Origin: Hormiphora californensis
Taxonomy: Eukaryota > Animalia > Ctenophora
Assembly: GCA_020137815.1 (NCBI GenBank)
Contig: CM035362.1
Coordinates: 4,030,001 to 4,094,000, forward strand
Direction: 5' to 3'
Length of the DNA: 64,000 bases
The notes below the pieces were generated by a model, which had not been told where the DNA came from, ran no database searches, and saw only the letters and a program-made list of their open reading frames with translations. Position 1 is the first letter of the stretch; each line of letters begins with the position of its first letter. Made by a program: the position numbers and the translations under genes. Positions 31,395-64,000 of the stretch are shown here, piece after piece.

Positions 31395-32346
31395 CTAAAA
31401 ACATTTTCTGCCTAGTACTACCCGTGTGTTTGCACCCCGTTTGTCCACTACTGCAAACCACCGTCTAATACACATACAACACACACACATAAATAACACA
31501 CGAAAACAATATATCAGTAGTCTCTTGATGATCGGTCAACACCATTTATACAGAGTTGGGGGCGGGTAAAAACGCTTCGACCTTCTTATTGTCTGTCTGG
31601 CGCCGCGACCCCATCATGAGCAAACTGTCGAATCAAGTAGGGGTCTGGCGCCGCCAGACAGCTTATTGCTCACAATCACGCACTCTCTCTCTCTCTCTCA
31701 GTCTCTCCCCGGAGAGCTCAGCGAGAGAGAGATATTCCTCTTAAAGGATATGAGAAACAATATATCAGTTTTATCACCAATTATGGGGAGATCCAATCAC
31801 CTAGCAGATCACCTGTCAATGCACTCTGTGACAGGTGACATGACACCTCTCTCTACAATAAATCTGCGGGTTGCATAGTCAGTCCAGTGGCAGCTCAATA
31901 TTTGTATTGTTCATACTATTGAGGTGCAACAGCACAACTCAATATCAAGCTGTAGAGAGCTAGAGAAGTGATCTCATTTTAGGACTCGATCAGATCGTGC
32001 AGATCAGGAGACGCTGCGTGAAGGTAGTAGTAGAGTATTTACACCGGTCTCTATCTCTCTCTATCTCCAAGTTGGACTGATCTTCAAGCACCTCTTCCAT
32101 TCTGCTCTTGTTAACTTTCCATCAGTTGTTTATCTCTAGAAGCAGGGAGTTTGGTTAGGGTGGATGGTGGATGCGTCATGTATAACCAATACTAGGAACA
32201 AGGGAATAACGTCACTTACAAAAACCAAACAATAATAACCAAACAATAATATTCTACAAGATCTACAAGATTTAGATATATCGGGGGCTAAAGAATTCAC
32301 TTACAGATAAGTATTTAGAGGGGTATGGTAGCCCCGATAGATCACC

Positions 32347-59824
<27,478 letters not shown>

Positions 59825-60815
59825 CTGAAAAGGTTACGATCTGAGTCGAACAATAATCCAATAAGTTACAATAATTAATTAATAATTAATATAATTAAGT
59901 CACAATAATAAGAGTTTTACTAGGAAGGAAGGGGGTAGAAGTTGTTGGGTAAGGGGTAGAGGTAGAAGCGAATATATTCTTCTTCATGGATCAGTAATTT
60001 TAATATATATGCAAAACGGACCAATGACCATCGGAAATGATCTAAGGTGCCAGGGCCGTCTTTTGTTATTATTCGTGGACAGTTTTCTCCGAATATAGCA
60101 ATGAGTGTGAAATGCTAAGAACTGCATTTATGTTTTGTAGAATCACTCCAATTGCTGTAAGATCTTGTTTTTTCTAAATCGCATATATACTCTGATCTAG
60201 CTCCTACAATTGAATTGTTTTTGCCAGATTTTGTTTCCTCCATGTTTCCCATCCTGGGAGACAATAAGCTATACAAGATGATACACAACCCTACTGCAGC
60301 AGAGTATTACTGCATGACCCATTGTTTGTGCAGATAATCTTTCATAGAAATCAAATCTATCTCCTGATTTGCAGACTCTCGATTTACCAAAAGATCTGAT
60401 CTTTATTATAATACCATGCCAATTGATTTACCGGCCCCACTGTACCATGATACTCTACAACCCAAATCACGTGATATACTTCCCATCCCCCTTAACATGT
60501 TAACATGTTAACTCCCCCCTTTAGTTGACATGATAACTCCCCGCCCTCCTCCTCTAACTAACACGTTAACCCCTCCCCTTTAGTTAGCAAGTTAACTCCC
60601 CCTCCTCCTCTAACAAGTTAACCCCCTCACTCTAGTTACCATGTTAACTTCCCCCCCCCCGCTTTAGTTAACCCCCTCCCTTTAGTTAACACGTTAACCC
60701 CCGCTTTAGTTACCATGGAGACAGGAGAGGAACACACCCTACCACCCGCTGCTGTAGAAGAGGAGCAAAATCAGAAGGTGGATGATAATGTTGATAGTGG
60801 GGTTTGTACAGGTAT

Positions 60816-60951
<136 letters not shown>

Positions 60952-60956
60952 TAGAT

Positions 60957-61027
<71 letters not shown>

Positions 61028-62016
61028 GATCAGAGAGGAGCTAGTGCGTTTGTGTACAAGCTAGATGAAGGAAGCAAATACGTTTTTAAAATGGGAATTG
61101 AATTTTTTGATTTGGAATCAAGTTTTAAACCCGGTAGTCACGTGGTTGCCATGGCGTCACGTACTAGTATGAGATCTCCCACAACGCGTTGTGTCTTTCT
61201 CCCTCCTCTATTTTACAGAGGGAAGACACACAATATTTGTCACGTTCTACTACTTGTACAAATACACGTCCTTGTCTCTCTGCAACTCCCTCTCTAGTCC
61301 TTGTCTGAAACTCCCTCCTCTCTTGTTAGTTTAGTGTCGAGCAAGTCGAGGAAATACAGATTTGTCATTTAAGGATTTTGGAGCCCCTATATATTGTGAC
61401 AAATACAAAATCTGTCTGTAATTCATTATCATTTCACTCCGCAATTCACTTGTTGCAAGCCCCATTGCACAGCTTGGCCACACACTAGAATATCAGGCTC
61501 GGACAAGGCTGAAACTTGGGTTTGTCTGTTGTTATTTATGCAAAATTCTAAGGTGTGTCTACTTTCGTATTCAGATTTTATGTATTTTCTAGCACCACAA
61601 ATAATTAGACGGCCACTTCCTGTTTTACATGGGCGTCGCGACTTGGCAAAATAAGGGGATGGGTTAGTTACATTAACCACCATATTATTCAAATTTTGTC
61701 CTTATTAGACAGTGGGTCATGTCCCTACATTTAATTTACATTATTTGAACTTCCTACATTTATTATTTCTAACGAACTGCAGTCTTAATTTGGTGGACAA
61801 ATAGCAGTCTAAATTCTCTAGCTATTAGTTCTTGGTTTGTACGTGGTGTTTACATGAGTCACTCTAACTTTTTTCCTTGGCCTACTACTCATTGTTAGAC
61901 CCAAAACACAATGGTTACTTGAGTTTTTGGGCTTTCTCTATTATCTTGATGGCTACCGAGGTGTGGTTTATCATTGTCTTGAATAATTTTTATAGATAAA
62001 ACACAATGGTGGTATG

Positions 62017-63028
62017 TAGGCCAGTCACTTTTTGCTTAATTGGTGAACTGAGACATAACAAAGGTTTTCCACTTGTATTGTACTCCTATGGGGTCCTAGA
62101 AACACCAAAAAAATTTTTCACTCCAACCGAGGTGAAGAAAGTGCCCAAAATGGCCACGCCCTTTTTGCCTGTATTTTCAGCCTTGACCAAAAATAGCAAC
62201 TTTGCTTTGGATTGGAGTAGAAACGTAAATGAGGGCACTAAAATGTGTAGAATGAGCAGCAGAATCGATTGGTACCAAGCAGAAGTCGCTATCTCATCAG
62301 GTTCGAGAGATAATTGGATAATTAGGTATGCGCATAACCGTTTTTGAGCCATATGGCTATAGCCGCTCAGGAGCGGTTTCAGAAATTTTGCTTCACAGGA
62401 GCTTGTTCAGCATATAAAAATTAGTGGGGGTAACAAATATAAAGTTTTTATCGCATAAGGTCAATGAGTTATTCAACTTTAAAGATCGAAAAATGAGGGT
62501 AAAATGAAGGAAAATGACCAAATTTCGACTTTTTACACCCATTTTTCGATCTTTAAAGTTGAATAACTCATTGACCTTATGCGATAAAAACTTCATATTT
62601 GTTACCCCCACTAAATTTTATATGCTGAACAAGCTCCTGTGAAGCCAAATTTCTGAAACCGCTCCTGAGTGGCTATAGCCATATGGCTCAAAAACGGTTA
62701 TGCGCATACCTAATTATCCAATTATCTTTCGAACCTGATGAGATAGCGACTTCTGCTTGGTACTAATCGATTCTGCTGCTCATTCTACACATTTTAGTGC
62801 CCCCATTTACGTTTCTACTCCAATCCAAAGCAAAGTTGCTATTTTTGGTCAAGGCTGAAAATACAGGCAAAAAGGGTGTGGCCATTTTGGGCACTTTCTT
62901 CACCTCGGTTGGAGTGAAAAATTTTTTTGGTGTTTCTAGGACCCCATAGGAGTACAATACAAGTGGAAAACCTTTGTTATGTCTCAGTTCACCAAACGGC
63001 CCCAAAATGACAAAAAATGACTGGCCTA
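62017..63028. mobile_element. Foldback element with TAG...CTA termini and 3-bp TSD (Academ-like)
   Basis: atg|taggccagtca ... tgactggccta|atg; 62041-62994 is a near-perfect palindrome. Confidence 0.88.
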
Positions 63029-63407
63029 ATGTAGTTGGGTGGTAGTACTCTTTCAATGGGACATAGATCTATCTTTCCCACGCACTATATCCCATGCGAT
63101 TCACAACTCTTACCACCATCAGAAGCCCCCTTCCATGTCTATAATAAGCTGGAACAGCACAGTGTTATAGCATTGTCCTCAACACTGTTTATTATATTGC
63201 CTTTATTGGATAAAGTAGTGTCGACTATATATAATAGTCTATTGTCTTAATCCCAACAAACAAAGATTAAATCATTCCAACTGAGCATGCCATTGTCGAA
63301 GTATGGGTGAAAAACACGGCAATAAGCACATACACATTCTTTGCTGTCTCTTGTTAATAAGCTCTATATTTTAACTAGCTTCTTCTCAGCTAAACAGATG
63401 AAAGGAG

Positions 63408-63700
63408 AAAAACCGACTCATATTCAATTATATGTTTCTGTCTCCTTATAATTAATTATAATGGCCCTTAAAAACCGACTCATATTCCATTATATGTTTA
63501 CTCATAATTGATTATAATGTCCCTTAAAAACCGACTCATATTCCATATGTTTACTCATAATTGATTATAATGGCCCTTAAAAACCGACTCATATTCCATA
63601 TGTTTCTGTCGACTCATACATATTATGAGGAGACAGAAACATTTAATTGACAGCCACGACTAAAATGCAATGAGTCGGTTTTAAGGGCCATTATCAATTA
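63408..63700. repeat. ~50-bp tandem repeats (aaaaccgactcatattccat...taatggcccttaa) with one inverted copy
   Basis: Four direct units 63408-63600 and an inverted unit ~63670-63700; probable TIR-element remnant. Confidence 0.75.
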
Positions 63701-64000
63701 TGGGACTCATACACCCGCACAGTCGTGTTCCTCTATACTTTCTAGTTCACATTATGGGACTCATTCCATTTGAGCTTCAGCTTCGTGGCCCTGTTAATTA
63801 GCTAGGTAATTAATACACACATACATAACGTTGAACAATGTGCGTGTACCACGCGGCCCCCATTGTTTTACAATACCCGCCGCGGTCCCTCAAATGACAT
63901 TATGTCGGGCCGGTATTCAAACAATGAAAGTTTTCCCATACACTCACTTTTTTACCTTTGTTTCTCTTCGTCGTGTAATAAACATATAATTTGAAATCAG

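Overview
Eukaryotic, intron-rich, TE-dense animal DNA, most likely a cydippid ctenophore (Hormiphora/Pleurobrachia-like). That assignment is inferred from a spliced-leader (SL) match recalled from memory and from repeat style; it is not verified. Three minus-strand multi-exon host genes were reconstructed by hand: SMG1 (PIKK kinase, >=59.8 kb down to 32.3 kb), a CHCHD1/mS37-like twin-CX9C gene (28.2-25.3 kb) and a TXNDC11-like thioredoxin gene (24.6-7.0 kb). Four genes are nested in their introns: a 4-TM protein, a GPI-anchored Ly6/three-finger-like protein, a HEPN + NACHT-like NTPase and a secreted SUEL lectin. Each has an unpaired splice acceptor just upstream of its ATG. Mobile DNA includes two CR1/L2-type LINEs, a CRE fragment, Helitron/Helentron elements, several long foldback TIR elements, many MITEs and two 20-bp satellites. 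The main observation is a young full-length LINE whose 5' end is a genomic copy of the SL exon, i.e. a retrotransposon apparently propagated through a trans-spliced RNA. Other highlights are same-strand nested genes that may be released by trans-splicing, an NLR-like HEPN-NTPase abutting a CRE/CCAAT satellite, and a recurrent pattern of duplicated exon-intron junctions.
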